Assembly: GCA_964585785.1 (NCBI GenBank)
Contig: CAZPFL010000001.1
Location: 70,097 to 134,096, forward strand
Direction: 5' to 3'
Length of the DNA stretch: 64,000 bases
From: an uncultured Rhodospirillaceae bacterium
GTDB taxonomy: Bacteria; Pseudomonadota; Alphaproteobacteria; UBA8366
The notes under the pieces: model-generated
What the model saw: only the letters and a program-made list of their open reading frames with translations
Databases searched by the model: none
Told to the model about the DNA's origin: nothing
In this document: in pieces, positions 25,272-34,673 of the stretch
Layout: every line of letters begins with the position of its first letter
Numbering within the stretch: the first letter of the stretch is position 1
Program-made: the position numbers and the translations under genes

Positions 25272-25694
25272 ATGTCGCGGGTCTCGATCTTCAACAACCC
25301 TCTGCTACTCGGATTCGATCAATTCGAGCGCACCCTCGACCGGATCTCGAAGAAAGCCGCGGATGGTTATCCGCCGTACAATATCGAGCAGCTCGGCGAG
25401 GACCGGCTCCGCATCACGCTGGCCGTTGCCGGCTTCGGCGAAAGCGACCTGACGATCGAGACCGTCGACAACCAGCTGCTTATCCAGGGCAAGCAACACG
25501 AGGACGACGGCGGCCGCGTTTACCTTCATCGCGGTATCGCCGCACGGCAATTTCAGCGCGCGTTCATTCTCGCGGACGGTATCGAGGTAGCGGGCGCGCG
25601 GCTGGATAACGGCTTGTTGCACATCGATATTGTGCGTCCGAAGCCGCCGAGCCTTGTCCGGAGGATTAAGATTACCACGCCGAACGACCGGTAA
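25272..25694 (+). CDS. Hsp20/alpha-crystallin small heat-shock protein (IbpA-like)
   Basis: The ORF was trimmed to the ATG at 25272, after TTAGGAGAAGC. The sequence is MSRVSIFNNPLLLGFDQFERTLDR...YPPYNIE...GIAARQF.R.F.LAD. Confidence 0.9.
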   Translation: MSRVSIFNNPLLLGFDQFERTLDRISKKAADGYPPYNIEQLGEDRLRITLAVAGFGESDLTIETVDNQLLIQGKQHEDDGGRVYLHRGIAARQFQRAFILADGIEVAGARLDNGLLHIDIVRPKPPSLVRRIKITTPNDR

Positions 25695-25758
25695 ATTAAG
25701 GAATCGGCAACAAAATTGGACCTAGATTCCCGTTAGCGGCAAGTCAGGAGAAACGGGA

Positions 25759-25974
25759 ATGATCGATATCCAGAAGCTCCGGGAGATATCGCAAGCCGAC
25801 CTCGCGCTGCTCGGCGCCGACGATCTCGCCTATGTCCGGCGGATAAATCTGGCCGAGGAGACGGTCTTCGCCGTCAACACCGCGGACGGTCGCCAGATTG
25901 CCGTTGCCGATGATTTCGAGACCGCCATCCTCGCGGCGCAGGAATACAGCTACTACACCGTCAGCGTGCACTGA
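25759..25974 (+). CDS. DUF1150-family protein
   Basis: 71 aa (...LAYVRRINLAEETVFAVNTADGRQIAVADDFETAILAAQEY...VSVH). It is a common hsp20 neighbour in Alphaproteobacteria. Confidence 0.7.
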   Translation: MIDIQKLREISQADLALLGADDLAYVRRINLAEETVFAVNTADGRQIAVADDFETAILAAQEYSYYTVSVH

Positions 25975-25987
25975 CCGCCGCGCCGCG

Positions 25988-26452
25988 TCAGGCGGCGTGA
26001 CTCGTCGCCGTTTCCGTAAGCAGGGCGAATAAGGCGTCCGCCCGGTCCGACCCCCGCAGCTTTTCGCAGGTGGCCTTGTCGCGGAGCAGGCGTGACACGC
26101 GGGCCAAGGCTTTCAGGTGATCCGCGCCGGCATTCTCCGGCGCCAGCAGCATGAAAATCAGGTCGACGGGCTGCTCGTCGATGGCATCGAAGTCGATCGC
26201 CGTCTCGAGCCGCGCAAAGAGGCCGTAAAGCCGGTCGATCCCCGCCAGCTTGCCATGCGGAATGGCGATGCCGTTCCCGACGCCGGTCGTGCCAAGGCGC
26301 TCGCGCTCCAGCAGCACGTCGAAGATCGTGCGTTCATGGAGACCGGTCAGCGCCGCGGCATGCTTGGCGAGCTCCTGCAACGCCTGTTTCTTGGACGTCG
26401 CATGCAGCTTCGGAATAACCGCCTCGGGCGACAGCAGATTAACAATATCCAT
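25988..26452 (-). CDS. ptsN: PTS IIA-like nitrogen regulatory protein EIIA-Ntr
   Basis: The ORF was trimmed to the ATG at 26452 (MDIVNLLSPEAVIPKL...). The phospho-His block is GNGIAIPHGK. It lies in the conserved rpoN-hpf-ptsN order. Confidence 0.85.
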   Translation of the reverse strand: MDIVNLLSPEAVIPKLHATSKKQALQELAKHAAALTGLHERTIFDVLLERERLGTTGVGNGIAIPHGKLAGIDRLYGLFARLETAIDFDAIDEQPVDLIFMLLAPENAGADHLKALARVSRLLRDKATCEKLRGSDRADALFALLTETATSHAA

Positions 26453-26490
26453 CGGTACTCCTTCTGAGTCCGTGCCGTTTCCGGCCGGGC

Positions 26491-27078
26491 CTAGGAACCC
26501 TCTTCCCGAGGGTCGACCCATCCGATGTTTCCATCATTTCGCATATAGATCATGTTGAGGCCGCCATGCGTGCTGTTGCGGAACATCATCGCCGGCAAGC
26601 TGGCGAGATCCATCCGCATGACCGCCTCGCCGACCGACAGCGTCTCGATATGCGTCTGCATCTCCGCAATGATCACCGGCTGATCGGGTTCGGCGTAATT
26701 CTCGTCATCCGCCTCTGTATGCTCTTCCGCAGCGAGAACGTATTGCGCGGCCCTCAGGACGTCTTCTTTCTGGTTGCGCTCCCGGTGATGGTCACGCAGG
26801 CGGCGCTTGTAGCGCCGCAGCCGCTTGGCCATGTGGTCTGCCGCCTCGTCGAACGATGCATAGGGATCGGCGGACCGCGCATGCCCCTGCACGATGATGC
26901 CTTTCCCGACGTGAACGGCGATGTCGGTCCGGAATGTCGAGCCTTCTTTTGAAACCGTCACGTCCGCCCCGGTCGGATTGGCAAAGTACTTCTCGACGAT
27001 CGCGGGAACCTCGCGCTCGATATAGCTTCTCAACGAATCCCCGATATCGAGCTGTTTGCCGTTAACGGATAGCTGCAT
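26491..27078 (-). CDS. hpf: Ribosome hibernation promoting factor (long HPF)
   Basis: 195 aa. It starts MQLSVNGKQLDIGDSLRSYIE and continues through the C-terminal dimerisation domain. Confidence 0.9.
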   Translation of the reverse strand: MQLSVNGKQLDIGDSLRSYIEREVPAIVEKYFANPTGADVTVSKEGSTFRTDIAVHVGKGIIVQGHARSADPYASFDEAADHMAKRLRRYKRRLRDHHRERNQKEDVLRAAQYVLAAEEHTEADDENYAEPDQPVIIAEMQTHIETLSVGEAVMRMDLASLPAMMFRNSTHGGLNMIYMRNDGNIGWVDPREEGS

Positions 27079-27159
27079 CGTTTCCTGCGCCGGATTTCAC
27101 CGGCACCGTAGGTTTGTACGACGTCGACCGTAGCCAGATGCCCCCGATTAAGGGGCCGG

Positions 27160-27189
27160 ACCATAGTGAGGACACCCCTATGGTGTCAA
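27160..27189 (-). promoter_or_regulatory. Putative sigma-70-type promoter for hpf-ptsN
   Basis: The minus strand reads TTGACA-(18 nt)-TATGGT. It lies about 80 nt upstream of the hpf ATG. Confidence 0.3.
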
Positions 27190-27258
27190 TAGCCGCTCCC
27201 GCCCGTCGCGGGTATCCTGAAACTTCTGTCTCGCTCCTTCAACCCTGAACCTAAGCTC

Positions 27259-28809
27259 TTAAAAACTAAGGTTTTTCAGGCGCCGCCTCTGCACAGAAGA
27301 GGGAATTTTCATTGCCTCGCGGTACTTTGCGACCGTCCGGCGGGCGATGTCGATCCCTTCGGCGTTAAGGATCTCCACGATCCGGTCGTCGGAGAGAATC
27401 TTGCCGGACGGCTCGTCGTCGATCAGCGCCTTGATCCGGAAGCGCACCGCTTCCGCCGAGTGGGCGGCGCCGCCGCCGAGATTGGCGATCGCCGCCGAAA
27501 AGAAGTATTTGAGCTCGAACAAGCCGCGCGGCGTGTGAATGAACTTGTTCGTCGTGACGCGGCTCACGGTGCTTTCGTGCATCTCGATCGCCTCGGCGAT
27601 GTCGCGCAGGACGAGCGGCTTCATATGCTCGATGCCCTTGCGGAAAAAGGCGTCCTGCTGCCGCGCGATTTCGGCCGATACCTTGAGGATGGTGGTCGCG
27701 CGCTGGTGCAGCGACTTGACCAGCCAGTTCGCCGACTGGAAGCAGTCGTTGACGTAGTCGCGTTCCTTCTTGTCGCGCACCTCGGCGCGGACGCGCGCGA
27801 AGTAATCGACATTGACGAGAACCCGCGGCAGCGTCTCGGGATTGAGCTCGACCGTCCAGCCGCCGTCGGGATGCGGGCGCATGATGATGTCAGGCGTTAC
27901 GGTCTGCGCGACTTCGTGATCGAACGCCTGCGCGGGCTTCGGATTGAGCGAGCGCAGCTCCGCCACCATGTCGGTAAGGTCTTCCTCATCGACGCCGCAG
28001 AGCTTGAGCAATGCGGCCTTGTCGTGCTTCGCGACCAGCTCGAGGTGATCCAGCATCGCCTGCATCGCCGGATCGAGCCGATCGCGATCGCGGAGCTGCA
28101 GCGCCAGACATTCCTTGAGGTTGCGCGCGAACAGGCCGGCCGGCTCGAAACGCTGCAGGATATCGAGCACGCTCTCGACGCGCTCGACCGGGCAGTTGAG
28201 CCGGTCGCTGATCTGCTCGACGGGTTCGGAAAGCCAGCCGGCCGCGTCCAGGGATTCGATCAGCTGAATGCCGATTATGCGGTCGGCAGGATCGGCGATA
28301 TCGACGACGAGCTGTTCCATCAGGTGATCGCGCAGCGTGGGCTCGTCGCTGACCGTGGCCTCGAGATTTCCGGTCCGCTCGACGAAATCGCTGCGCCCGC
28401 CGGCGTTGCTGCTGAAGCGGTCCAGCCCGGCCGCGTCAAAACTCTCGGTACTGTCCTCACGCACCGCGTCGCTTGGACCGTCTTCGCTCCACACCGTCTC
28501 GTGATCGATGTCGAGCGGCGCATCGCTTTCCGAACGCATCGTATCGGTCGCCGTCAGCTCGCGCGCGTCGCGGGTGACGGCGTCGGCGGGGCTGTCGGGC
28601 GCGCCGCCTTCGCCTACGCCGCGTCCGGCGTCATCCGGCCCCGCGACGTTCTCTTCGCGCTCCAGCATCGGATTGCGCAGAAGCTCGTCCTCGACATAGG
28701 CGGACAATTCGACGTTGGACAACTGCAGCAGCTTGATGGCTTGCTGCAACTGCGGCGTCATCACAAGTGATTGCGATTGCCGTAGGTCCAGTCGCGGGGT
28801 GATTGCCAT
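27259..28809 (-). CDS. rpoN: RNA polymerase sigma-54 factor
   Basis: 516 aa. The N-terminus is LRQSQSLVMTPQLQQAIKLLQLSN and the C-terminal RpoN box is ARRTVAKYRE. Confidence 0.95.
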   Translation of the reverse strand: MAITPRLDLRQSQSLVMTPQLQQAIKLLQLSNVELSAYVEDELLRNPMLEREENVAGPDDAGRGVGEGGAPDSPADAVTRDARELTATDTMRSESDAPLDIDHETVWSEDGPSDAVREDSTESFDAAGLDRFSSNAGGRSDFVERTGNLEATVSDEPTLRDHLMEQLVVDIADPADRIIGIQLIESLDAAGWLSEPVEQISDRLNCPVERVESVLDILQRFEPAGLFARNLKECLALQLRDRDRLDPAMQAMLDHLELVAKHDKAALLKLCGVDEEDLTDMVAELRSLNPKPAQAFDHEVAQTVTPDIIMRPHPDGGWTVELNPETLPRVLVNVDYFARVRAEVRDKKERDYVNDCFQSANWLVKSLHQRATTILKVSAEIARQQDAFFRKGIEHMKPLVLRDIAEAIEMHESTVSRVTTNKFIHTPRGLFELKYFFSAAIANLGGGAAHSAEAVRFRIKALIDDEPSGKILSDDRIVEILNAEGIDIARRTVAKYREAMKIPSSVQRRRLKNLSF

Positions 28810-28827
28810 CCGGAGTCGCTCGGTCGC

Positions 28828-29613
28828 CTATAGGCTGAAACGCTCGCCCAGATAGACGCGCCGCACATCGGAATTCGAAACGATCTCTTCCGGTCGCCCC
28901 TCCATCAGCACCTGGCCGTCGTGCAGGATGTAAGCGCGGTCGACGACGTCAAGCGTTTCGCGGACATTGTGGTCGGTGATCAGGACGCCGATGCCGCGAT
29001 CCTTCAGGTGGACCACCAGGTCGCGGATGTCGCGCACGGCGATCGGATCGATGCCGGCAAGCGGCTCGTCGAGCAGGATGAAGTGCGGATGCGATGCGAG
29101 CGCCCGGGCGATCTCCACGCGCCGCCGCTCGCCGCCCGACAGCGCCAGCGACGGCGTGCGCCGGAGATGGGTGATCGAGAATTCGGCAAGCAACGCTTCC
29201 AGGATCGCTTCGCGGCGCTCGACCTGCGGCTCGACGCATTCCAGAACGGCGCGAATATTCTGTTCGACACTGAGGCCGCGGAAGATCGAGGGCTCCTGAG
29301 GCAGGTATCCGATGCCAATCCGCGCACGCCGATACATCGGCAGTGTGGTGATGTCATTGCCGTCGAGGAAAATGGCGCCGTAATCGGCGGAAATCAGCCC
29401 GGTGATAATATAGAAGCAGGTCGTCTTGCCGGCGCCGTTCGGGCCGAGCAGGCCCACGGCTTCGCCGCGCTGGACATGCAGGCTGACATCGCGCAGCACC
29501 GGCCGCTTCTTGAACTGCTTGCCGAGGTTCAGGGCGCGCAGCCCGCTATTCGCCGTAACAAGCCGCGGACCATTCGTATCGGCCATGTCTGCCGTGCTTT
29601 CCGGTTTCTTCAT
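28828..29613 (-). CDS. lptB: LPS export ABC transporter ATP-binding protein
   Basis: It has Walker [10 protein letters not shown], signature LSGGERRR and Walker B ILLDEP, and sits in the lptCAB-rpoN context. Confidence 0.9.
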   Translation of the reverse strand: MKKPESTADMADTNGPRLVTANSGLRALNLGKQFKKRPVLRDVSLHVQRGEAVGLLGPNGAGKTTCFYIITGLISADYGAIFLDGNDITTLPMYRRARIGIGYLPQEPSIFRGLSVEQNIRAVLECVEPQVERREAILEALLAEFSITHLRRTPSLALSGGERRRVEIARALASHPHFILLDEPLAGIDPIAVRDIRDLVVHLKDRGIGVLITDHNVRETLDVVDRAYILHDGQVLMEGRPEEIVSNSDVRRVYLGERFSL

Positions 29614-29668
29614 GCGATGCGCCTGTCCTTGCTCTGTGCCGTGGCGGGCCGCGCCTTGACGCGCCCCG

Positions 29669-30562
29669 CTACCGATCCTTCTTCTTCGGCTCGAGCAGAC
29701 CCTTTGCCCGCCCAGTCAGCCTGTAGATCCCGGTTTTCAGATTTACCTCAGCGCATTTTCCATTCAATTGATTGTTTCCACTCGTAATTCGCACATTGCC
29801 GCATATCGTTGCAATACCATTCGCCGGCAGGTACACGCCGGTATCGCCGCGAACGATGGCGTTCTGCAGCGAGATGTGGACATTGCCGAAGGCGTCGACC
29901 TGGCGGATCTGGCCGCTTTCCTCGGGCAGTCCCTTCCCGTCGGCGGTCTTGGGCTTGTTCTTCGTCTTCTTGCGGCCGGCCGGGGCTTCCGCGGGTTTGG
30001 GCGCCGCGGCGCCCGGATCGGCGACGTGGGCGGTCAGGACATCCGCGCGAATCCGCTGATCATTCTGTACAACGGTCGCGTCGCCCCGGGCAACGGCCAG
30101 CCGGCGATCTTCCCAGTACTCCAGGCTATCGCGCGCGGTCAATGTTCCTTGTTTGGAAAGCAGCCGCAGATGCTTGCCGACCAGGACGAAGACTGACTTG
30201 TCGACGTAATAAACGGCCTTGTCGCCCTGCGCTTCCTGATCGTTCGCGGTAATGCGCACGTTGCCGTCGGCATCGACGCGAAATATCTCCTGGCCGCTTT
30301 CTCCGGCCTTGTCGCGGTAATAGGCGGTCAGGCGGTCAGCCTTGATCGTCGCGTTGTTGCGGGTGGCGGTGGCGTTGCCGCGGGCGATGTATTTCTTTTG
30401 CTCGCGCAGCCACTCGATGCCCTGATCGGCGTTGATGGTGACCGGCAGGTTTCCGCCCTTCGTGATCAGGCCCTGAGCGTTGGCGGGAAAAACCGCGAGC
30501 AACGCCGTCAAGCCTGCGCCGAGCATGGCCGGAAGGAAGCGCGCCGCCCGGCCGCCGGTCAT
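29669..30562 (-). CDS. lptA: LptA/OstA-family periplasmic LPS transport protein (extended, 297 aa)
   Basis: It has a signal peptide, OstA-like repeats ([19 protein letters not shown]..., [19 protein letters not shown]...) and a K/P-rich linker. It overlaps the lptC stop. Confidence 0.7.
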   Translation of the reverse strand: MTGGRAARFLPAMLGAGLTALLAVFPANAQGLITKGGNLPVTINADQGIEWLREQKKYIARGNATATRNNATIKADRLTAYYRDKAGESGQEIFRVDADGNVRITANDQEAQGDKAVYYVDKSVFVLVGKHLRLLSKQGTLTARDSLEYWEDRRLAVARGDATVVQNDQRIRADVLTAHVADPGAAAPKPAEAPAGRKKTKNKPKTADGKGLPEESGQIRQVDAFGNVHISLQNAIVRGDTGVYLPANGIATICGNVRITSGNNQLNGKCAEVNLKTGIYRLTGRAKGLLEPKKKDR

Positions 30563-31251
30563 TTGGCGGGCGCCTGGTCGGGATACAGAACGAGGGTGGC
30601 CTTGCCGGTGAACTCGACGCGTTCGCCCCGATTATGGACGACGAAGCCTTGTGATTTGATATTGCCGAAGGGCCCCTGCCCCTCGACCGGATCGGTGCCA
30701 TAAGCGTCGCCCGCCATCATGTCGACGACCGCCGCGTCCGTCCTGAACTCGTAGCCGCTGTCATGGAAAAGGTTCACCGCGCCGCGCAGCTTGAGGATCT
30801 TATTGTCTCGGTCATACGTGCCGTTGCGCGCGGTGAGGGCGACCCAACTGCCGTTCTCGGTCAGGAGGTCGGCCTTCGGTGATTTGAGGTTGACCAGCGA
30901 CAGGTCGCCGTTCGACAGGCTCACGGTGTCGGCGGTCAGCGTATAAGGCCGGCGCTTGTCGTCGATGCCGGTGTACACGCCGTTGGTCATGGTCAAGGTC
31001 TTCGCCGCGTCCGAGGCGATTTTCGCTGGCGTTATCGAATAGCGCCGTTGCTGGTCGGTAAGCTGCGGCCACAGCGCGACGAGAATGATCAGCGCCGTCG
31101 CGATGGTCGGCAGAAGAATACGCATGATGCCGACAAAGCGGCCGTAAGCGCGCGAGACCTTCGGCGTGCGCCGGGTGGAGAAGGGAAGGCTCTGCCGCCG
31201 TACCTTCGCCTTGCTGTCTTTGTCCCGGCTGAGGTCTGCGTTTACCGTCAT
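30559..31251 (-). CDS. lptC: LPS export system protein LptC
   Basis: 230 aa with an N-terminal TM anchor (ILLPTIATALIILVALW), followed by a beta-jellyroll-like region. Its position is upstream of lptA. Confidence 0.7.
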   Translation of the reverse strand: MTVNADLSRDKDSKAKVRRQSLPFSTRRTPKVSRAYGRFVGIMRILLPTIATALIILVALWPQLTDQQRRYSITPAKIASDAAKTLTMTNGVYTGIDDKRRPYTLTADTVSLSNGDLSLVNLKSPKADLLTENGSWVALTARNGTYDRDNKILKLRGAVNLFHDSGYEFRTDAAVVDMMAGDAYGTDPVEGQGPFGNIKSQGFVVHNRGERVEFTGKATLVLYPDQAPAK

Positions 31252-31463
31252 GGTCAGGCGCTCTCTCCGCTACACGGGTAGCGCCGGCGGCGTATCCGCG
31301 CCATGCAGGGTGACCGTCGGGGGCTGGCGCCCCACGCTGCGGCATCTAAAGCTGAGTCCAAACCCCACCACACAAAGGGAAAGGAAGCATCGCTCCGAAG
31401 GCGTGGAAGTATGCAGCGGTGGTGTCCTAAGGTCAACGAATCCAGGCTATTCACGGCCGTAGC

Positions 31464-32078
31464 CTAGGCGTGGGCGAAGATGTCGACTTGCCCGAAACCG
31501 TCGAGATCCAGCGCCGCGCGGGTCGGCAGGAATGCGAAGGCGGATTCAGCGAATGCCGTCCGGTTTTCGCGCCGGAGCATGTCGTTCAGAATGTCCCTGA
31601 TCCGGTGCAAGTACAGCACGTCGGAGGCTGCGTAGTCGAGCTGCTCCTGGCTCAAAGTGTCGCGCCCCCAGTCCGACGACTGCTGCTGCTTCGACAGGTC
31701 GACGCCCAACAACTCCTTGCACAGGTCCTTCAGGCCGTGCCGGTCGGTATAGGTCCGGACCAGGCGCGAGGCGATTTTTGTGCAGTAAACCGGCCGGCAG
31801 TCGACGCCGAGATACTGGCGCAACATCGCAAGGTCGAACCGGGCAAAGTGGAACAGCTTCGTCACCGCCGGGTCGGTCAGGAGGCGCTTCAGATTCGGCG
31901 CGTCGTACTGGCCTTGCGGAAACTGCACGAGATGGCAATTCCCGTCGCCGGCAGAGAGCTGCACCAGGCACAGCCGGTCGCGGTGCGGATCGAGGCCCAT
32001 CGTTTCGGTGTCGATTGCGACGCAGTCGCCGAATGTAAGGCCGTCGGGAAGGTCACCGCGATGCAGATCGACGTTCAC
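31464..32078 (-). CDS. Ribonuclease D-like 3'-5' exonuclease (short form)
   Basis: 204 aa, with the DEDD motifs AIDTETMGL, HFARFDL and YAASDVLYL. Confidence 0.8.
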   Translation of the reverse strand: MNVDLHRGDLPDGLTFGDCVAIDTETMGLDPHRDRLCLVQLSAGDGNCHLVQFPQGQYDAPNLKRLLTDPAVTKLFHFARFDLAMLRQYLGVDCRPVYCTKIASRLVRTYTDRHGLKDLCKELLGVDLSKQQQSSDWGRDTLSQEQLDYAASDVLYLHRIRDILNDMLRRENRTAFAESAFAFLPTRAALDLDGFGQVDIFAHA

Positions 32079-32159
32079 CTCGTCTCCCAGCTTGTCATGC
32101 CTGCGCCCGGGGCGGGCCCTTCGCCATTGCCGCCGCGGCCGCCATCATCCGCCGTACAA

Positions 32160-32246
32160 TGGTGCCCAGGAGAAGACTCGAACTTCCACGAGGTTGCCCC
32201 CACAGGTACCTGAAACCTGCGCGTCTACCAATTCCGCCACCTGGGC
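32160..32246 (-). tRNA. tRNA-Leu (anticodon CAG)
   Basis: The reverse complement is GCCCAGGTGGCGGAATTGGTAGACGCGCAGGTTTCAGGTACCTGTGGGGGCAACCTCGTGGAAGTTCGAGTCTTCTCCTGGGCACCA (87 nt). It has a 7-bp acceptor stem, anticodon loop TTCAGGT, a long variable arm, GTTCGAGTC in the T arm, and an encoded CCA. Confidence 0.92.
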
Positions 32247-32400
32247 TCAGTGACGGCAAATTGGTCATTGGCGAGACGCTTGTCAACCGCGATTACTTTG
32301 GTTTTCCGTCCCTTCGGCGTCATGTATATGTTTACCCGTTCGGCCCCGGGGGTGGCACTGTGGCGCCGGGCGGAACGGTATTATGGAACCGGGGGATCCA

Positions 32401-33396
32401 ATGGCGACAAGGCTGGTAACGGTTTTCGGGGCTTCGGGATTTGTCGGCCGCCATGTCGTCCAGCGGCTCGCGGCGAAAGGGGTCCAGGTGCGCGCCGCGG
32501 TGCGCAACCCGAACGAGGCGCTGTTCCTCAAGCCGATGGGGGATGTCGGCCAGATCACGCCGGTTCAGGCCAACATCCGCGATGCGGCCCAGGTGCGCGC
32601 CGCGGTGACCGGCGCCGACGCGGTGGTCAATCTCGTCGGCATTCTGTACGAGTCCGGGAAGCAGCGCTTCGATGCGGTGCAGACGACCGGGGCCGACACG
32701 ATCGCCAAGGCGGCGCGAGCGGCGGGCTGCGGGCGGCTCGTGCATCTGTCCGCGCTGGGCGCGGCGCCCCTGTCGCCGTCCCGGTACGCGCGGTCCAAGG
32801 CGGCCGGTGAAGAAGCGGTGCGCGCCGCCTTTCCGGATGCGGTGATCCTTCGGCCCAGCGTGCTGTTCGGGCCGCAGGACGGCTTCTTCAACCGGTTTGC
32901 GGCGATGGCCCAGTTCTCGCCTTTTCTGCCGGTTTTCGGCTGTCCGTTCCCGAGGCTCAACCACGGCAAGCTGAACCTCTATGGCTCGGGCGGGACGAAA
33001 TTCCAGCCCGTCTATGTCGGCGACGTCGCCGATGCGGTCCTCAAGGGACTGGAGGACGAGGCGACCAAGGGCAAGACCTACGAGCTCGGTGGCCCCCGGG
33101 TTTACAGCTTCCTTGAGATCATGCGCATGGTGATGGCGGAGACCGACCGCTGCCGATTGATCGTGCCGGTTCCGTTCTGGGTCGGCTCGATCCTGGCGTT
33201 GTTCAGCGAATTGTGGCCGGTGCCGCCGATCACGCGCGACCAGATAAGGCTGCTCAAGGCCGACAACGTGGTCAGCGGCAAGCTGCCGACGCTCCGCGAT
33301 CTCGGCATCGAGCCGACCGCGGCCGAAGTGATTGTCCCGACCTATCTCGACGTTTTCCGTAAGGGCGGGCGCTACCGGCAGCCGCGGCTCGTGTAA
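32401..33396 (+). CDS. NAD(P)H-binding, complex I NDUFA9-like / NAD-dependent epimerase family protein
   Basis: It starts MATRLVTVFGASGFVGRHVV (Rossmann motif). The start is the ATG at 32401 rather than 32383. Confidence 0.8.
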   Translation: MATRLVTVFGASGFVGRHVVQRLAAKGVQVRAAVRNPNEALFLKPMGDVGQITPVQANIRDAAQVRAAVTGADAVVNLVGILYESGKQRFDAVQTTGADTIAKAARAAGCGRLVHLSALGAAPLSPSRYARSKAAGEEAVRAAFPDAVILRPSVLFGPQDGFFNRFAAMAQFSPFLPVFGCPFPRLNHGKLNLYGSGGTKFQPVYVGDVADAVLKGLEDEATKGKTYELGGPRVYSFLEIMRMVMAETDRCRLIVPVPFWVGSILALFSELWPVPPITRDQIRLLKADNVVSGKLPTLRDLGIEPTAAEVIVPTYLDVFRKGGRYRQPRLV

Positions 33397-33406
33397 CCGG
33401 CCCGTC

Positions 33407-34249
33407 TCAGGAATAGACCCAGTAGAGCAGGCCCGCGCCGAGGACGACGCGGTAAAGGACGAAGGGGGCGAAGCTCCCATGCACGAGCCAGCGCATCATC
33501 AGCGCGATCGCGGCCAGGGCGACGAAAAAGGCCAGCGCCGCGGCAAGCAGGGCGTCCGGCCGCAGTGCAATGCCGCCGGCCGGATGGATCTGTAACCCGA
33601 TCAGCGCCGCTGAGCCGAGGATCGCTGGAATCGCGAGAAGCATGGAGAATCGGGCCGAATCGCGGCGCTCCATGCCAAGGAAGCGGCACGCCGTCATCGT
33701 AATGCCCGCCCGGCTCGTACCCGAGACAAGGGCCAGGACCTGCGCCAGGCCGATGAACAGAGCGCCGGCGTAGTTCATGTGCTCGATGCGGCGGACGGTC
33801 ATGCAAAGCCGGTCGGTCAGTCCCAGCACCAAGCCGAATATCAGTGTCGTCCAGGCGATCACTTCGACGTGGCGAAAGACCGTGTTGATGTAGCGGAGCC
33901 CGAAATAACCGACGATGACGACGGGGACCGTCGCCACGAGAAGGTAAATCAGCAGCCGCAGCCCGGGTCCTTTGCGGCGCGCGAACAACCCGGTCAAGCC
34001 GGCCAGCATCTCCCAGATGTCCTGCCAGAAGTAAACGATCACGGCCAGCAGTGTGCCGAGATGAATGGCGATGACGATGATGAGGTCTTGCTCCGGCTGC
34101 CCGACGATCTTCGACAGGAGCACCAAGTGACTTGACGAACTGACGGGCAGGAATTCGGTAAGGCCCTGCACGATTGCCAGGACCACGATCGGGAAGAGTG
34201 TCACAAATGCGTCTCCGCGCGAGTGCGGTATTCGTCCGGCTTCCGGCAA
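33407..34249 (-). CDS. uppP: Undecaprenyl-diphosphate phosphatase
   Basis: It contains GLTEFLPVSSSSHL and SGTSRAG and is polytopic and hydrophobic. The start is uncertain. Confidence 0.85.
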   Translation of the reverse strand: MPEAGRIPHSRGDAFVTLFPIVVLAIVQGLTEFLPVSSSSHLVLLSKIVGQPEQDLIIVIAIHLGTLLAVIVYFWQDIWEMLAGLTGLFARRKGPGLRLLIYLLVATVPVVIVGYFGLRYINTVFRHVEVIAWTTLIFGLVLGLTDRLCMTVRRIEHMNYAGALFIGLAQVLALVSGTSRAGITMTACRFLGMERRDSARFSMLLAIPAILGSAALIGLQIHPAGGIALRPDALLAAALAFFVALAAIALMMRWLVHGSFAPFVLYRVVLGAGLLYWVYS

Positions 34250-34673
34250 GTCCGCCGAGTGAGCGGCACCCTATCACCTTCACCGGGCCATTGCAGCCGT
34301 TTAGGTAGTATCGAAATGGGACTAAATTGTTTGGCCTAAGCGCAGCTGCGCATGATTTAGGCGACAAACGGTTTGATCGATTTATATAAGGTCAATGAAT
34401 CTGACCTTGTAGCGCTAAATTCACTGGCCATACCGGCGTTTTCGGTGTAACCTATTAAATGATCACCGTTGCCAGTGTCGCCACGGCGACCGGCGCGGGA
34501 GGGATGGGGCGGACATGCCGTGCCCGATCGGACGGGGTTCGCGGCTCGACATCCGAAAATGAGCGTTCGGCGCGATTTCGTCTTGGCGGTGGCCTGTTGG
34601 CTGCCGAACCCACGTCGCGCCGGTGCGTGCCCCGGCGATGGGGCGCGACCAAATGGAAAGGCCGCTTGGAAGC

